Of a DNA stretch of 64,000 nucleotides, positions 24,244-38,581 are shown one piece after another. Position numbers and translations under genes: made by a program. The notes beneath the pieces were generated by a model. The model was not told where the DNA came from and searched no databases. It was given only the letters and a program-made list of their open reading frames with translations. The first letter of the stretch is position 1. Every line of letters starts with the position of its first letter. The DNA comes from Parasitella parasitica NRRL 2501 (lineage: Eukaryota; Fungi; Mucoromycota): positions 1-64,000 of the forward strand of contig MU619373.1 in the NCBI GenBank assembly GCA_025201805.1, in the 5' to 3' direction.

Positions 24244-25308
24244 ATGGCTCCCCTTTATTTGTGCTCATCATCTCAAAAAGCCCAACCCGTTTTGTTTGGT
24301 TTGACTAGAAAGCAGTTGTCTTTGATTGTGTTGGTTGTTCAAAATAGTACACTTGTATTAATGATGCGATACTCACGTATTGTTCAGAAGCCGGGACAAA
24401 CAATGTATATTGCCTCAACAGCGGTATTTTTGGCCGAAGTACTAAAGATCATAGCATGTCTCATCGTAATGCGCCATCAACAGGGCACTTGGAGCAGATT
24501 CAGCACAATGGTTAGGAATGAGATATTGTATAGACCAGCGGAAACGTTGAAAATGTTGATTCCCTCGGGATTGTACGCATTGCAAAATAATCTACTCTAT
24601 GTGGCATTGAGTAATCTGGAGGCAGCGACATTTCAAGTGACGTATCAGATGAAGATCATGTCGACAGCAGTGTTCAGTGTTGTGCTGTTGGGTAAAAGTC
24701 TTAGTAGAGACAAATGGCTGGCTTTATTCTTATTAATGATTGGTGTCACACTTGTTCAATCTCAAAGCATGTCTGCTTCCTCAGCATCTACAACATCTAC
24801 AGCATCAGCAAAAGACGAAATATTAATGGCGCCACAAAACCCGTTCATTGGATTCATGGCAGTAATTACTAGTTGTGTATCGTCTGGATTTGCTGGCTGT
24901 TATTTCGAGAAAATTTTGAAAACGTCAGACACATCCATGTGGGTGCGTAATATCCAATTAGGGATATCAGGGGCATTATTTTCGCTGGTGGGGATGCTCG
25001 CTTATGATATACAGCTGATCAGGGAGGGTGGTTTGCTACAAGGCTATGATTGGCTTACTTGGGTAGTGGTTGCAAACCAGGCTTTAGGAGGCCTTTTGGT
25101 TGCCATTGTGGTGAAATATGCTGATAACATTCTCAAAGGATTTGCTACTAGTTTATCTATAATTGTGTCGGGTGTCATCAGCATATATCTTTTTAGTTTC
25201 CAACCTTCTGGTGTCTTTATTGTGGGCGCGATGATTGTTATGGCCTCCTCGTATCTTTACGGTATAGATTTCTCAAAACGATTCCAAGGTCGTATTAAAC
25301 CATTATAA
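24244..25308 (+). CDS. Nucleotide-sugar (UDP-galactose) transporter, SLC35A family
   Basis: VVQNSTLVLMMRYSR, IPSGLYALQNNL, FQVTYQMKI, SGFAGCYFEKILK, VKYADNILKGFATS. Confidence 0.95.
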   Translation: MAPLYLCSSSQKAQPVLFGLTRKQLSLIVLVVQNSTLVLMMRYSRIVQKPGQTMYIASTAVFLAEVLKIIACLIVMRHQQGTWSRFSTMVRNEILYRPAETLKMLIPSGLYALQNNLLYVALSNLEAATFQVTYQMKIMSTAVFSVVLLGKSLSRDKWLALFLLMIGVTLVQSQSMSASSASTTSTASAKDEILMAPQNPFIGFMAVITSCVSSGFAGCYFEKILKTSDTSMWVRNIQLGISGALFSLVGMLAYDIQLIREGGLLQGYDWLTWVVVANQALGGLLVAIVVKYADNILKGFATSLSIIVSGVISIYLFSFQPSGVFIVGAMIVMASSYLYGIDFSKRFQGRIKPL

Positions 25309-25492
25309 TTTTTTTATTTTTTTTATTTTGTTCTTGTACATAATATTAAACAATTAGCCATGTTTTTCGGAACCGCATCCATATAAAAAATTGCTGATCA
25401 GTGTGTGAGTTTTATGCGAGTTAAGTTTTTTTCTTTTAGTTCAGAAAAAGAAAGCACAATCTAATTTCTTGTCTCTTTCCTCTGTACAAAAT

Positions 25493-26421
25493 ATGAGTCA
25501 CTGCCACGACGAACATTGTGAACACGACCATGATGACTTGCCAGAGTCTGGCGAGCAGTTCTTACTATACTCAAAGATCGATCTCGACAACGTACGCTGC
25601 TTGAATGAAAGTGAGCTTGATAGTGGAAAATCAGTAATTCGACCCTGGAACCAAAGACTAGAAGATTCCAAGGTATAAAGCGAAAAAAACCAAAAATACA
25701 TTGTAAAAAGTGCTAATGTGTTGTCCAGTTTGTAGAAAGCGATGTCGACGAACAGTTGATTTTTTTCATCCCGTAAACATATCTTTAGTATAACGTGTCT
25801 GTCTTCCATTCATATATATCCAAACCTTTTATAGATTTACAGGAAGTGTCAAGTTGCGCTCTATATGTCTTCGAACGGACCCCTCCGACTCTGCACCGTC
25901 CAAGATGAAAGTGTAAGCAACTTTCCCTCACGTTTCCTTTCATATAAAGACTGACATATTAATGCAACAAACAGATTTATCAATCGGAATGATGTGGATT
26001 TCGACGTTGCTGACAGCTATACACCCATACAAGAATTTGAGCTTGTAGAAGGCTCAAATGAAGTTGTTGAATATGGCACCAAAATCACTAAATTTTCAAG
26101 TGTAACAAGCATTACATTGTTTTTTCCTGAAAATTTTGGCCAAGATGATACTAGCATTGTGCGTTTTATTGGATTCAAGGGAGAATGGACCGAGGTAGGC
26201 TTACTTTCCTTGATGAGCATTTACGCTTTTATTCACATTTGTTATATAAAAACTGTTTGTAGCTTAAACGGGATCCTATTATTACAGGTAAGCTCCAAAT
26301 AAATACATTAACAAAAGTCTAATCGTAATCTCCCATGCGCATAGTTTATGAAGCAAATGCCAATCCTGCAGATCATAAAATTCCAGGCGCTGAAAACAAA
26401 ATGAACCATTCAATTCAATAA
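25493..26421 (+). CDS. PITH-domain protein (PITHD1-like)
   Basis: LYSKIDLDNVRCLNE, ESDVDEQLIFFIPFTGSVKL, LFFPENFG...FIGFKGEW, YEANANPADHK; six exons. Confidence 0.92.
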
Positions 26422-27149
26422 ATATGTACATGCATTTACCATAATTACTTCTATTGCAATGATCATTGCTGTCGATCCAACAACGACTCGCTTTGATAGT
26501 ATCCTTAAAAATATTAATATTTAACAAACGCTTAATGCTTGTGTGTGTGTATCTGGTAGCCATAATTTTGGTGTATTAGAAAATATATTAAATCCCTTGC
26601 TTCATACGAAAAGAAAAGTACGTTAATACAGAGTTTATTGTATGCATTAGGTGTTCTTGTATCAAGGCTATCATATTCATGTCTGATCTTGATCGCGCTA
26701 TCCTTTCATTGTTGACTACTACAGATGATAACAGTGCGTGTTATCGATTTTGGCACAACATGGCATTTACAAAAATGAGCTTATTTGTGCTTGTTGACAA
26801 ACTTGAGTAATCGTCTTTTGAATAGTCATTTCCGGAACAATATTTTGAGTTTCTGTAAGATTTCCCTGAGCTTTAGAATTACCGAGTTGTGTTCCTCGGT
26901 ATTGTTGATTTGCCACCGTATATCGTATAGAATTGGAGTAAAGCTCCCACTGTCTTTGATGGTAATCGTCTGATTTGGTGTCTCCTTGATTTCTTCGGCT
27001 ACTTCAAGTTTTTTTTTCTTAAATAGATGGCTAGCCACGATTCTTTTACTTGTGTGTAGAAGCGAGTTGTAGCAAAGAAAAAGTTATTTTCTTCAGCAAA
27101 CTCGCATACTTCGAGCTATGTGGGGATGAATCGGTTTGCGATCAAAGTC

Positions 27150-27780
27150 GCTCCACACCTAGATCAGATTTTGTTATGCACTTGCGTATTCTTCAAATGC
27201 AGGTATTTACCATCATCATCAATCATTCCAAAATTGGGTACAAATTTTGAGCTGTACACAACCTGGCATACCCAAATATGTGTATGTAAAAGCATTGACA
27301 GTATATATGGTTGTTCCAGAACATATGGGGCTCCAAAGATCAAAGAATTGTTCAAGAACAAGTTAGAAATTGTGTTTAATGAAGCTAGAAGCCAAGGCAA
27401 TCATTTTCATCTCTTTAAAGAGGCCAAAAGGGTGTTGAGCACTTCATTGAACTGAATTGACTTTGTAACATTACATTTAACTGAGATGATAGGTGCTGCA
27501 AATCTCACACAAAAGTTGTGCCAACTGCTGCGCGACACAAAAAGCAAGCTTATCCCTGATTATAGAGAATATTCCTCTAGCACCGGGCCAAATGGTCAAA
27601 GTGCCAAGTCCAATAAGGCCGTTAAGGCATCAGTGAGAATCCATGCGGATAGAAAGTCTTTGCTTATCAAGATAAAGGTCAGCAATGCCAAACTTGTTCC
27701 AATAACGACACTCCTGACGAAATCCCTGTTGCCAAGATTATACAATGGGTGAAGTTTGCTGCTAGTGTTTTCAGCCATAA
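27150..27780 (-). pseudogene. Highly degraded fragment, possibly the LINE ORF2 C-terminus (zf-RVT region)
   Basis: Fragments LTIWPGARGIFSIIRDKL...LCEIC and LHTHIW resemble the LINE C-terminal zinc-binding region; many stops. Confidence 0.3.
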
Positions 27781-29866
27781 TTGGTTGTTTTGAGAGGAAT
27801 TAGCATTTCCTATTTTGTTCTGCAGGTCTAATTATCAAGGCGCTATAAAAGTTGATAGTCTGATAAGCATAAATATCATATCCATTTCACCCTGATGAAG
27901 GTTACAACAGATATCATACATGAAACCACTTGCTCCGATCTTGTCTTCTCCAAGACAGATGCTACATTGCACCACAGTTACTCATTAATATCGTGGTCCT
28001 AATAAATCTGCGCTGCATACAATACCTTGTATTCCTGCACGATTCCTTCTTCATTTTTATATTTTTTAAGGATATTCTCATTAGGCCAAATCCGTTCCAA
28101 TCCTTGAAGTGGAAAAGTTTCTACGGCGTCTTGTGTACTGAAAGTTGCTATAGTTACCGATTCTGACCCTCTTGCAACCTTAATTTTTCAAGACATTAGC
28201 AACTGGGATATTAACGTAAGGATTACATACGGTACAGGTACACCGTCTTGGTGCAAATCTTATTGCTAGGTACCTCACGGTACTCTTTAACCTAGAGAGC
28301 GTGTCTAATGATGAAGACTTTCTCTTGAGCTGACTTGCTGGTAATCACTCATTAGATCAAAGCTGTATGAATATCGTAGCAAGGGCATCAAGAATTAATT
28401 TGAATTTTTTGCGTGCTTGGTGCTGTATTCATGCAAATGTCTCTGGTTCTCAGGACTTTTGTTGCTGTATTATCCGGGTAAAGGATATTTCTGGTGTTGA
28501 AGAGATACTTACGACTATCGAGTAATCTACTGAGCCTCTTGTACGTCTTCTTTTAGCTTGTATCTCCAGATAAACCCATCTTCAGAAAAAGCAGTTTTTT
28601 TAAACTCGGTCTTACCACATAAACGTGAGGAGCCAAGTAAGACATTTTGTGAATGAATGTAGCACTTTGCAAGTTGTTGAAACACGATTTACACGGTTTT
28701 AGCTGTACTAGTAAAGCTTCGAATCGAAGAAAATAAAAGAAATGGAGAAAATTAACGCGCGCTCGATAAGTCCATCTATCCGGTGCTGCCTTATTGAATG
28801 CCCTAACTTTTCGAGTGGCGGGTAGGGTCCAATGCAAACAGTTTAAAGGCACTGTCAGTAACTACGCCCTCTTTGTTATCTTTATTCAACATCCACTACT
28901 TGATTGAAAAGTAATTATTATTTTTTCAAAATTAGATCAAAAATACATACATATACCTACGAAAACTAAAACTGAATATAATTGTACATTATGTATAGAT
29001 GTTTGGGAACAACTTGTCTGAAAATGTCATAGAAAAAAAGATCTCTCATATTTCTAACTCTTCACATCCATATAATAACTGCACATTGCACTTGGCCCGT
29101 GATATGAAAAGTGTGCACAGCTAAGGATGCATTCCAGCAACACCCGGATAGATAGTTTTCATGAAATCTTTTTGAGGTGTGGACAGTCCACCAATCTATC
29201 TTTGTTTCAGGACTCAATGCATTTGATAAAAAGAGCAGCAGCTTTAGTTAACAGTTTTGTCCACTTTTTATACGAAAGATCGTACAATCATGGTATGACA
29301 GAAGTATCGGGCACAGTATTTGTTGACGAGAATTGTATGTTACATATGGACATATGATAGTATAAAGCGAATTAAGATGTGTTAAAAGTTAAAAATGGCC
29401 AATTGAATGTTACGGGCCGCGTAAAAAGACGTAAAGTTGTGTCAATAATATTTGTAAAGTTGGTTATTTAAGCACCTCTACCATTAACTCAGAGACAACA
29501 TTTTTATAGTCCAATGATAAACCAGAGCAAAATTTGAATAGATTGGGTTACACTTTGTACAATCTATTGAAATGTTCACTTTAATGATTAAATGTAAAGA
29601 ACTTCTGAACGTTTTATAGTCAAGAAATAGGTGAACTATATTTAATAGAGACAATGCAAATAAGAGTACAGAAATGAGTTTATCAAGGGATCACTGTATA
29701 ATAAGGGGAATACGGATACTGAGACAGATGTCGGGCGGATGTGCAGCCAGATTGCTAAATGAAGGTAATTTCCAACTCTAAATAAATTTTCAAAACGAGC
29801 TAATCAAGGATTTGTCTTTCTTTTCCCTCTCAACTCTTTTCAACAAGGTTAACAAACTAATTAAAA

Positions 29867-31122
29867 ATGACTACTGGGACCGTTTCAGCTCAAAATTCTG
29901 AGGACATTGCCTTTGCTCGTGCTCTTCATGGCGAAAAAATTAAGAGTGGTCTTTTAGCTAACTTGTCCTCCAAGAATGCTGATGTTCACAATGTCGCCAC
30001 GGACACTTATCTCAAGATGTGGAAGGCGCCCAAGGAAGAAACCAAGGAAGACGAAACTAAGAGGTTGGACGGCTATACTTCCCTTGTCAACTCTTATTAT
30101 AACTTGGCTACTGATTTCTATGAATATGGTAAGTTATAACTCATCCAGACGCGCTTCTCTTTTTTGGTGTTAAGTTTTCAATGCAGGATGGGGCTCCAGT
30201 TTCCATTTCTGCCGCTACTATGTTGGCGAAGAGTTCAACCGTGCCATTGCTCGTCATGAGCATTATTTAGCAGCCAACATTGGCATTAAGGAGAATATGC
30301 GTGTTCTTGATGTCGGTTGTGGCGTCGGTGGCCCCGCTCGTGAAATTGCTCATTTCACTGGTGCTCATGTTACAGGTTTGAATAACAATGCCTACCAACT
30401 TCAAAGAGCTAGACACTATGCCGCCAAGGAATTATTGCAAGATCAGACTGAATTCATCAAGGTACAGTAAGGAGGGAAATGATAGGGAGTTTATAGTGCC
30501 TACTTTACAGAGTACTGATTTTTCGATTGTCAATTAGGGCAACTTTATGGAAATGCCTTTCGAAGCAAACACTTTTGATGCTGTCTACGCTATTGAAGCT
30601 ACATGCCACGCTCCCATCTTTGAGGGTGTCTATGGCGAGATTTATCGTGTCTTGAAACCCGGAGGAAACTTTGGCTGCTATGAATGGTGCATGACTGATG
30701 ATTTCGATGAAACAAACCCTAAACACAAGGAAATTGCTCACAGCATCGAAATCGGCAACGGTATCCCCAAAATGCGCAAGACAGCCGAGTGTATCCAAGC
30801 TTTAAAGAACGTTGGCTTTGATGTATTGATGAACCAAGACCTTGCTAATGTTGGTGATTCCATTAATTGGTATTATCCTCTCGAAGGTGACATTAGAAAG
30901 TGCCAGACTACCAAGGATGTGCTTACTACCTTGGCTATGACCAAGTTGGGCCGTTTCACCACTACCAACTTTGTGCGTGTCTTGGAAAAGTTCGGTTTAG
31001 CTCCCAAGGGCACTGTCGAGACTCAAAAGTTTTTGGAGACTGCTGCTGACGCTTTAGTCGCTGGTGCACAACAGAACTTGTTTACTCCCATGTTCTTCTT
31101 TGTTGCAAAGAAGCCCGAGTAA
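29867..31122 (+). CDS. ERG6: Sterol 24-C-methyltransferase
   Basis: [64 protein letters not shown]; two introns (30129-30186, 30462-30537). Confidence 0.97.
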
Positions 31123-31526
31123 AATTATACAAATATACACATCGAGCGAATATGGGAGATTTCACAGCACTTGGCACCAGAAAATTAATATTTATTCCCC
31201 CCCCCCAATTAAGATCACTTTTTCTCACTTATTTTGTTCTGCATATTACTTCTACACTTTCTCTATTTTTATATAAATATAATATTTGCTTGCTTATCCG
31301 ACTTTATTATTACTAGGCACCATATATTTAAGTAAAAGACATAATATCGAAAAGGAGAAATTGGGCATATACAAATGGAAAGAAGGGGGGTGGGGGAAAG
31401 AAAGTAAATAGGTAGTTAAATACTGGCAGTAGGGTTAATTTGGAAGACATAAGGTTTTGGGAGCATAATTGTACATATGTAGAATGAGATGACGAATTGG
31501 ATTACAGTGTTTGTTCAAGAGTGCCA

Positions 31527-33546
31527 TTAGCAGGTCGGGTATTGCTGTTGTTCATAGGGAAAGATAGGTGAAGACGATGCAGGGTACTTGTCGATAGGTA
31601 AATACCAAGATAGAGATTGATCTGTTCGCGTATAAAGGCTTGAGATAGGGGAAGTAGAGCTGTTTTGCCACATGTCATATGATGGTGCAGACACTCTGTC
31701 ATATTCTGCTCCTGGCATGCACAAGTTATCGACTGAGTAAGTGTCGTATAAGATGATATCATCATCTTGTTGGTATTGAAGGACTGGCGCAGCCGTATCA
31801 CTCTCTTTCATTATATCGTTGTCGTCAAAAAGATTGATCGATTCATTTGTAGTCAAAACATACAGTTTATCTACAATAGAAGCATTTGGTTTAACTGTTT
31901 GCTGATCTTTGCATTTCTCCTTCTTGACATTGCCAGCACTGTTTGATCGGCCAAGAGAAGAGGGGGTTGTGGTACCGTTGCGACTCTTTTTGTGCGTCTT
32001 TTTGTGCTGTGCCAAGTTGTCAGACCTTGAGAAAGCTTTACCGCACATGTCGCATGAATATGGGCGCTCCAAGGTATGTGTCCTGAAGTGTCTTTTCAAG
32101 TGCTCCAATCGTTTAAACTGACGACCACACTGCGGCAAAACGCACGAATAAGTCTTTTCAGCTTGATGTTGCTCACAGTATTGCTCTAACTGCTTTTGCT
32201 GATGCTTACGTAGAACTTGAAAGAGATTATGGGGGTTGATTGCAAAATCTGCATTGATAGAGGCCAATTCCACACAATCATCCATAAACAAGGCATTCAT
32301 TGTCGAAAAGCCTCGTCTACGCTGACGCTGTTTGTAGGAAGGCGAGCCTTCGAAGAGGGAGAATTGACCGAATATTTTTTGCTGCTGCTCTGCGTTACTG
32401 TCATCTGTCAGTCGAGATGGAAGTAATTTAGGAGAAGTGCCTACAGAATAGCTCGTTTGCTGGTATGTAGCTAAAGGTGGATCATTCCCAGCGGTAGTAA
32501 TAGGCGAACTATTAGCAGTGCTCGGAGGAGAGCTGGGAACTGGAATGATGCAGGAAAGTGACCGAGTCGATCGATGTCCTATTTCTCTACCAATAAAGAA
32601 CTGATCATCTAGAAAATATACAAAATAATTAACATAAATGTGCATAGAATTTGACATTATTTGGTAAATTAACACATATTGTTGATTTTTTGCCTTTATT
32701 ATCTTGACTAGAAAAAGAAATGTTTTAATTACCTGCTGCTGTTGCTGCAGTAGTCAATGGAGTGGTAGAAATAGAAGATGAAGTGGTAGCAGCATGAAAG
32801 TTATGAGTAGTGGTAGTGGGTGAAGGTGGATTTGAAGTAAATAATTGCTGGTTATATTCATCGTCCATTGCATGAGCAACGGCAACGGCTGACAAGGACA
32901 TTGATTTTCTTAGTTGATCAAATAGCTCCAATGTTGTATCTAAAGAAAGGGATCTGGCTGGTTCAGCAATAGCAACACTTGTAGGCTCCAGTTCCATTTT
33001 TTCCTTCTTCAGATCCCTTTCCAAAGCATCAAGAAATAGGCGGTCATGAGGTACAGAAAACCAAAAAAATACTTTTTGCTTCTTTTGGGTTCTAATGCAA
33101 TTGTTCTTGTACAGCATCTCGAGAAATTCAGATTTTGGCTCTTCCAGAGTCGCATCCATGCCAGGCTTGAGGTTTCTTAAATCAGAAAAAATGCCCTCTT
33201 CAAACTTCTTGAGATTGGTGACAGGTCTGCCGAATAGATGAAATCGATACAATAAACATCGTACAATGTCAGTACCTGTCACATGAAATAAGTCATTCCA
33301 GAATACGCATGAAATGCTTTCACCTGTTTGTAAACCAAAGGAACGGACCTGATGAGTATGATCCCAGTCATTTGTGGCTGTCCCAAGGAAGTACTTGAGC
33401 TGGTCAATTTGCTTTAACCTTTGCTCAATGTTTGCATTAGTGGGTGGCTGAAGTCGGATTGCTGGGTTGTATGACACATGGCTGTTGCTGTGGGAAGAGC
33501 TTTCTTCTTCAGGTAATTGTTGTGCTTGCTGGATAGAACTGGTCAT
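31527..33546 (-). CDS. STE12: Ste12-like transcription factor (STE domain plus two C2H2 fingers)
   Basis: [88 protein letters not shown]; one intron ~32610-32731. Confidence 0.95.
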
Positions 33547-35286
33547 TGACTTACTATGCTTGAAGTTTTTAATGTTGTTGATTTTATTCACCAAGGCGCG
33601 TTTATATTTTTTATAAAGCAAAAGAGAGAGAAAGAGAAAAGAAAGAAAAAAAACCTTTAATTAAATAGATTTTGGGTAGCATGATAAAATAAGGGGTAGT
33701 TGGGGGGAGGGAAAGTAATCCAAAAAGGGACGCAAGTGTGAGTGATGAGTGTGTCTGTATCAATATGTGAGCAAAAAAAAAAAGGATCCTAGCTTGTCAT
33801 TTTGAATGATGTTAAAGTGCATATACCTTGCCTAATTAGGATATCTATTTAGGGGTGAGTCCAGAGCCTAGAATTACACTCATCAATAAAAGCAACAAGT
33901 GTTGTGAGGTAGGGAAGGGGTGGATGGGGGGGGGGGATTCAGCAACATGTTGAATTAATGGCATTATGGCATTACCGAATGACGTCAAGTTAAAGTGAAA
34001 GGACCAAGATGCACATGTTGGGCTATGTAATATATTTACTCTGGAATACAACGATAATTCTCCTATACATTTGATATTCCTTATTTTCAGAATATACATA
34101 GTTCTTATTCTTCATCTCTTTTTCTGTGAGGCAGTTATGTCTCTATACTTCGTTTAATTTGAAGGAGGGGCAAAATAGAGGTATTTTTATATTATAGAAA
34201 CCCTGCAATCTGGGTAAAGCAAAGGATATAGCAAATAAGAGATTCAGGTACATATTTCGTAAACACATCAACAAAAAGCATGTGCATACGTCATTTACAG
34301 CTTTCTTCACATTGCCCTTTCTTCTTTTGCATTGCTATACCCATTTGTATACATTCGTAGGAATGAGTGGACTCTGTGGACAAAAGTTCCAAAAGTCAAA
34401 TCAAGGCACTTTCCTTTTTCAGAGAAATCTGTTAACTAAATATGATGCATGACAACCAGGAACCAATTCATTTTTCATAGCAACCAGGGACCGGAAGTCA
34501 AAGCTCGCTTAAAACTATATCAATGCTTAAAGCAAATCAAGTGAATATTGGCTCATAAATATTAATAACAAGGGATAAACACTGGAAATAATTTAAACCA
34601 TTTGATTATTCTTAGCACATATATTTTCAATCTTTGAGAAGGGGCAAATTGTATAAAAATATATTTATCGGTTTTAGAAATATTGACGATCCCAACCGAT
34701 CCATACAACACAGGAAGAATATCGAGGGAACTCCGGATGTTTATTCGATGGTTGGAATCGAGAAACTTTTGTGATTTACATGTTTCCGAAAAAAAAAAAA
34801 AGAAAAAAGAAAAGGATAGCTTGTATTGGTGGACAACAGCTATCATATTCTGTTAATCTGCAATTATATGAGGCATATATACTTGAGGTACCACTATATA
34901 ATTCAGCAGGCTGGCTTCTTAATGCATGATCTATTCACAGCATGTTTTCCTTTTATAGTGTAGTACTTCAGAGACACGAGTTTATTTTTTGTCATTTATG
35001 TTGTTCATTATTCGTCTACAAGATGAATATAGAGGATTTGAACTCAATATGTAATTTTATCCTTCACAGGATATATTTTTAATAGACAATTGAATTCACA
35101 TGTGTGTTTATAAGCATTGAAATAAACGCTGTAAAGGAGACATTTGGTTATGGAGAGTCTTCCTGTCAATTCAAACCATGGGATAAGTGCCCATAGCTAG
35201 GAAATTTCTAGTTGCGCATAGGTAAAACTCACCTTTAACTGTTTTCAAATTATTCTATGTAATCGTATAATAGAGAATGCTCAATT

Positions 35287-35296
35287 NNNNNNNNNN
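35287..35296. other. Assembly gap (10 N)
   Basis: Run of n. Confidence 0.99.
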
Positions 35297-37617
35297 AAAA
35301 ATCATACAAGTACATCCATATTATATGAAGAGACGGATTTCCACCGTGACCAAAGTAAGAAATAAGCATGTAGGAATCTAAAATATCATTTTTACCACTG
35401 ACTAGCTGATTAGCCATGATTGTACATACAACGTTTTTTTTCTTAAATTACAAGCAGGTCAAGTGTTCCTTCTTAATATATCAACACTCACAAGGGAGCC
35501 AATCTGACTCTCCTCTCTTCTCGTCTGCTCTTTTCATCTCTCCTCACTTGGTCTGGAACCAATTTCAAGGATGTATACGTATTCCTCATCACTTTTCCAA
35601 GCAATCGCTATTCATAAGACTAATGCTATTTAACAAGTATTAATAAATATATTATGGCCTAATATTCAAATCGCATATCGTGACAAAGGATGGTACGTCG
35701 CGATTGCTTTACGATTTATGGACATAAATAGTAGGTACCATTCCATCAGTTTATTTAAAAATCACATTTACAAAATGCTAGTCGGAATCGAATCAACTGT
35801 TCGGCTTGGCAATAATTGGAACGAACAATTACGTCTGTTCGATATTATGATCCAGTTGAACAGCTGATATGTATTACATGTATCGACTACTAAAGATCCG
35901 AACCGCATAACATTTTACTATTACTATTAAATACTATTGATTCTCCTTGAATTCAACATCTGTATGATCACATGAGAAAGAGGGGTGATGTGCAATCATA
36001 TGTCGATCCTTGATACAAATCAACCAGGCAATTGGTTTTATTAAAGTCTGTACCTAGAATACCATCATACCAATGGTGTAGCACCCAGGAATGTCATTTT
36101 TTTGTCATTTTGCAAATGAAATATGGATTTGAGAATGTGTATGATAAAATTTATAGGAAGAGCTGAATAACTAGATATATATATATCAATCCATAATCAA
36201 CGTATTGCAAAGATGCAAACGATAATTATTTTGCCAATTTTCTTGACAATTACGTAAAACATTATTTCATATGAGCCTTGAGGAATATATACCTCATACT
36301 GACTTTGTTTTTTTTAGTTATCAATGTTGAAATTCATATGTTTGCACAAATCGCAACAAACACATATTATACAGCATATTATTTTAGCAATGAGATCTGT
36401 ATTTTCAAAATCATTTAGTATGAAAGCCTGCATATTACCAGAGCAACTTTTTTTATGACATTCGATATATACATGGCTCCATTCATACAATGTACAAATG
36501 TATGGCAGTATATATCTGATTCCAATGTTAAATTTCAAACGAAAAACAAATAGTCAAACTTCTACCTGGTGTATATGGTTTGCAAATTATTACTAAATTC
36601 GCAGCAATGTTATACTTGAAAGCCTCTGTTGGAGAATGATTCTCTCTTCTTGGAAATAGATCGTCTATACATGTCAAAGAATAAACATTTATGATAATGC
36701 AGTAAAGCTAGAACAAGCCACTTAGAGTAAGTAGATGCAATAATTATTCATTCAAAAGCTTCAAATGTTGAAATTTAGTAACAATTAATTGACAATGTGC
36801 TTAATATGATTAGGAAGAAAAAAACTTTTAAGGCTTTGATCATGACTAGAATAAAAAAACAATCTAGCAAAGGTTTGAAAATGTATGATGTTTTATCAAT
36901 TTTTCAGGCAATCATTATTTCAGAGAACCAATAATATAATATGCACCATAATTTATAATTCACATGAAAATGTCCTTTATAACGCGAGCATAATCCACAT
37001 TTTCTTGTGGTGACGAAGACTATAAATTTAGGGATATTCCTGCTACATCAAAAAGACTATTATCCCATAGGTCTCTTATTATTGCTGTAAAGCCTCTCTG
37101 ACGGGATATAATTACAAGCACTTTTAAAATAGAAATGTTCTGCCCAAAACCAGTATAACATAAAAATACAATTTATTATTACAGATACATCCATAGAAAG
37201 TATTTATGCTAATGTAAGTAGCTTTTATATGAGCCCTAACAAAGGGTCTTGAAATCTAAGGCTGTCTGCAAAATGTGTAGAAATGCTTTTGATCTAATCT
37301 TCTCCCAAAGATTGCAGGCAACCTTGCATTCATATAACTGTTTATTATGGTAATATCTGATCCTAGGTCTATACCACTTAGTAGCGCCAAGCACTTGCTT
37401 CCGCAGACCTACATCGCTTCGAGAAGTTTCGGTTCACTGATCGCTTCTAATATTCAAGCAGTTCTATATTAAAAACTGCGCTAAATTTGATTGTCGTACC
37501 CATATAAAAGCTATATATGTCATATCTAACATAGTTATAGTGTACTGATAATGAATGATAATGATATTCATTGTTGGTATTGCTTTTTCAAATAAGAAAT
37601 AGGCTACAGATTGCAAA

Positions 37618-37886
37618 TGGCTTATCCAAAGATTACATCAAAATCAGATCGCGGGATGTCGGGGAGACATCTTGCCCACATCTTCTCTCTAATGTAAAAT
37701 AAAAGAAGAGGTCTCTGTTCCTGGAAATGCTGTGATTCAATAATGTTTGACACTTCTTGTCAAATAGTAGATGTTGATGTGGATAAACATTGACTAGGAT
37801 ATTTATAGTATAAATAGAGATCTTATCTTATGTCAATAAAAGTCTTCTGTTTTGTATCTGGTTTTATTCAGAAAAAGTCTTTATTC
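37618..37886 (-). repeat. Dispersed repeat module A, copy 2 (inverted)
   Basis: Reverse-complement match to 4579-4842. Confidence 0.85.
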
Positions 37887-38354
37887 AACATTCCCCGATA
37901 ATAAGCATTCAGCCACTCTTTCCCGAATGGCTATCTTGTTATGACCTGTAGCACAACAAACATATATAATGTTCGACTCTAAACCACACCAATTCTTATC
38001 ATATCTGTAAATGAACATTGAATCATTCATAAAGTATAAAGAGCGGAGCATATCTTCTTGTCCTAACATCTTGACCCTAAAATTTATGTTTAATAAAGTT
38101 ATCAAGTCTCAACTACTCATAACTTCTCCAAATAAAACATGCCCCTAACTTAACGATGTAAAAGAGATCCAAAGGTACATACAAAGTACTAACTTGCCGA
38201 CTCTGAAAAAGTAGCTAGCAACTATCTTTTCCATATAGTAACATATAAGGTTGACAATTCAATTTAGTGTCATCTACCAACAAACACAATGATGAATTTT
38301 AGTCCAATAATTGCAAAAAGCTTTTTATTTGGTGGAATAAGGATATGATGCATG

Positions 38355-38581
38355 TTGATTTATCAGAAAACTTAGATAGAAATTAATCAGGCAAAAATCC
38401 GCTAATTATATTTAAAATAGAGGGTTAATACACTTTTTGCGAACTGGGGAAAGCGATATGAGGTAAATTTTTGGTGTGAGATCCAGGAGATAGAGTATAT
38501 TGTATCTATCCCACATGTACTTTATGATCTGTATTGACATCCGGTTTTAGAGTTGATATGTTTGATCTATATTGTGATATC
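38355..38581 (-). repeat. Dispersed repeat module B, copy 2 (inverted)
   Basis: Reverse-complement match to 5285-5548 with an internal deletion. Confidence 0.8.

Noticed and set aside
26600-28860. Intact transposon between the PITH gene and ERG6
   Set aside because: Only short, stop-riddled fragments are present, with no paired termini.
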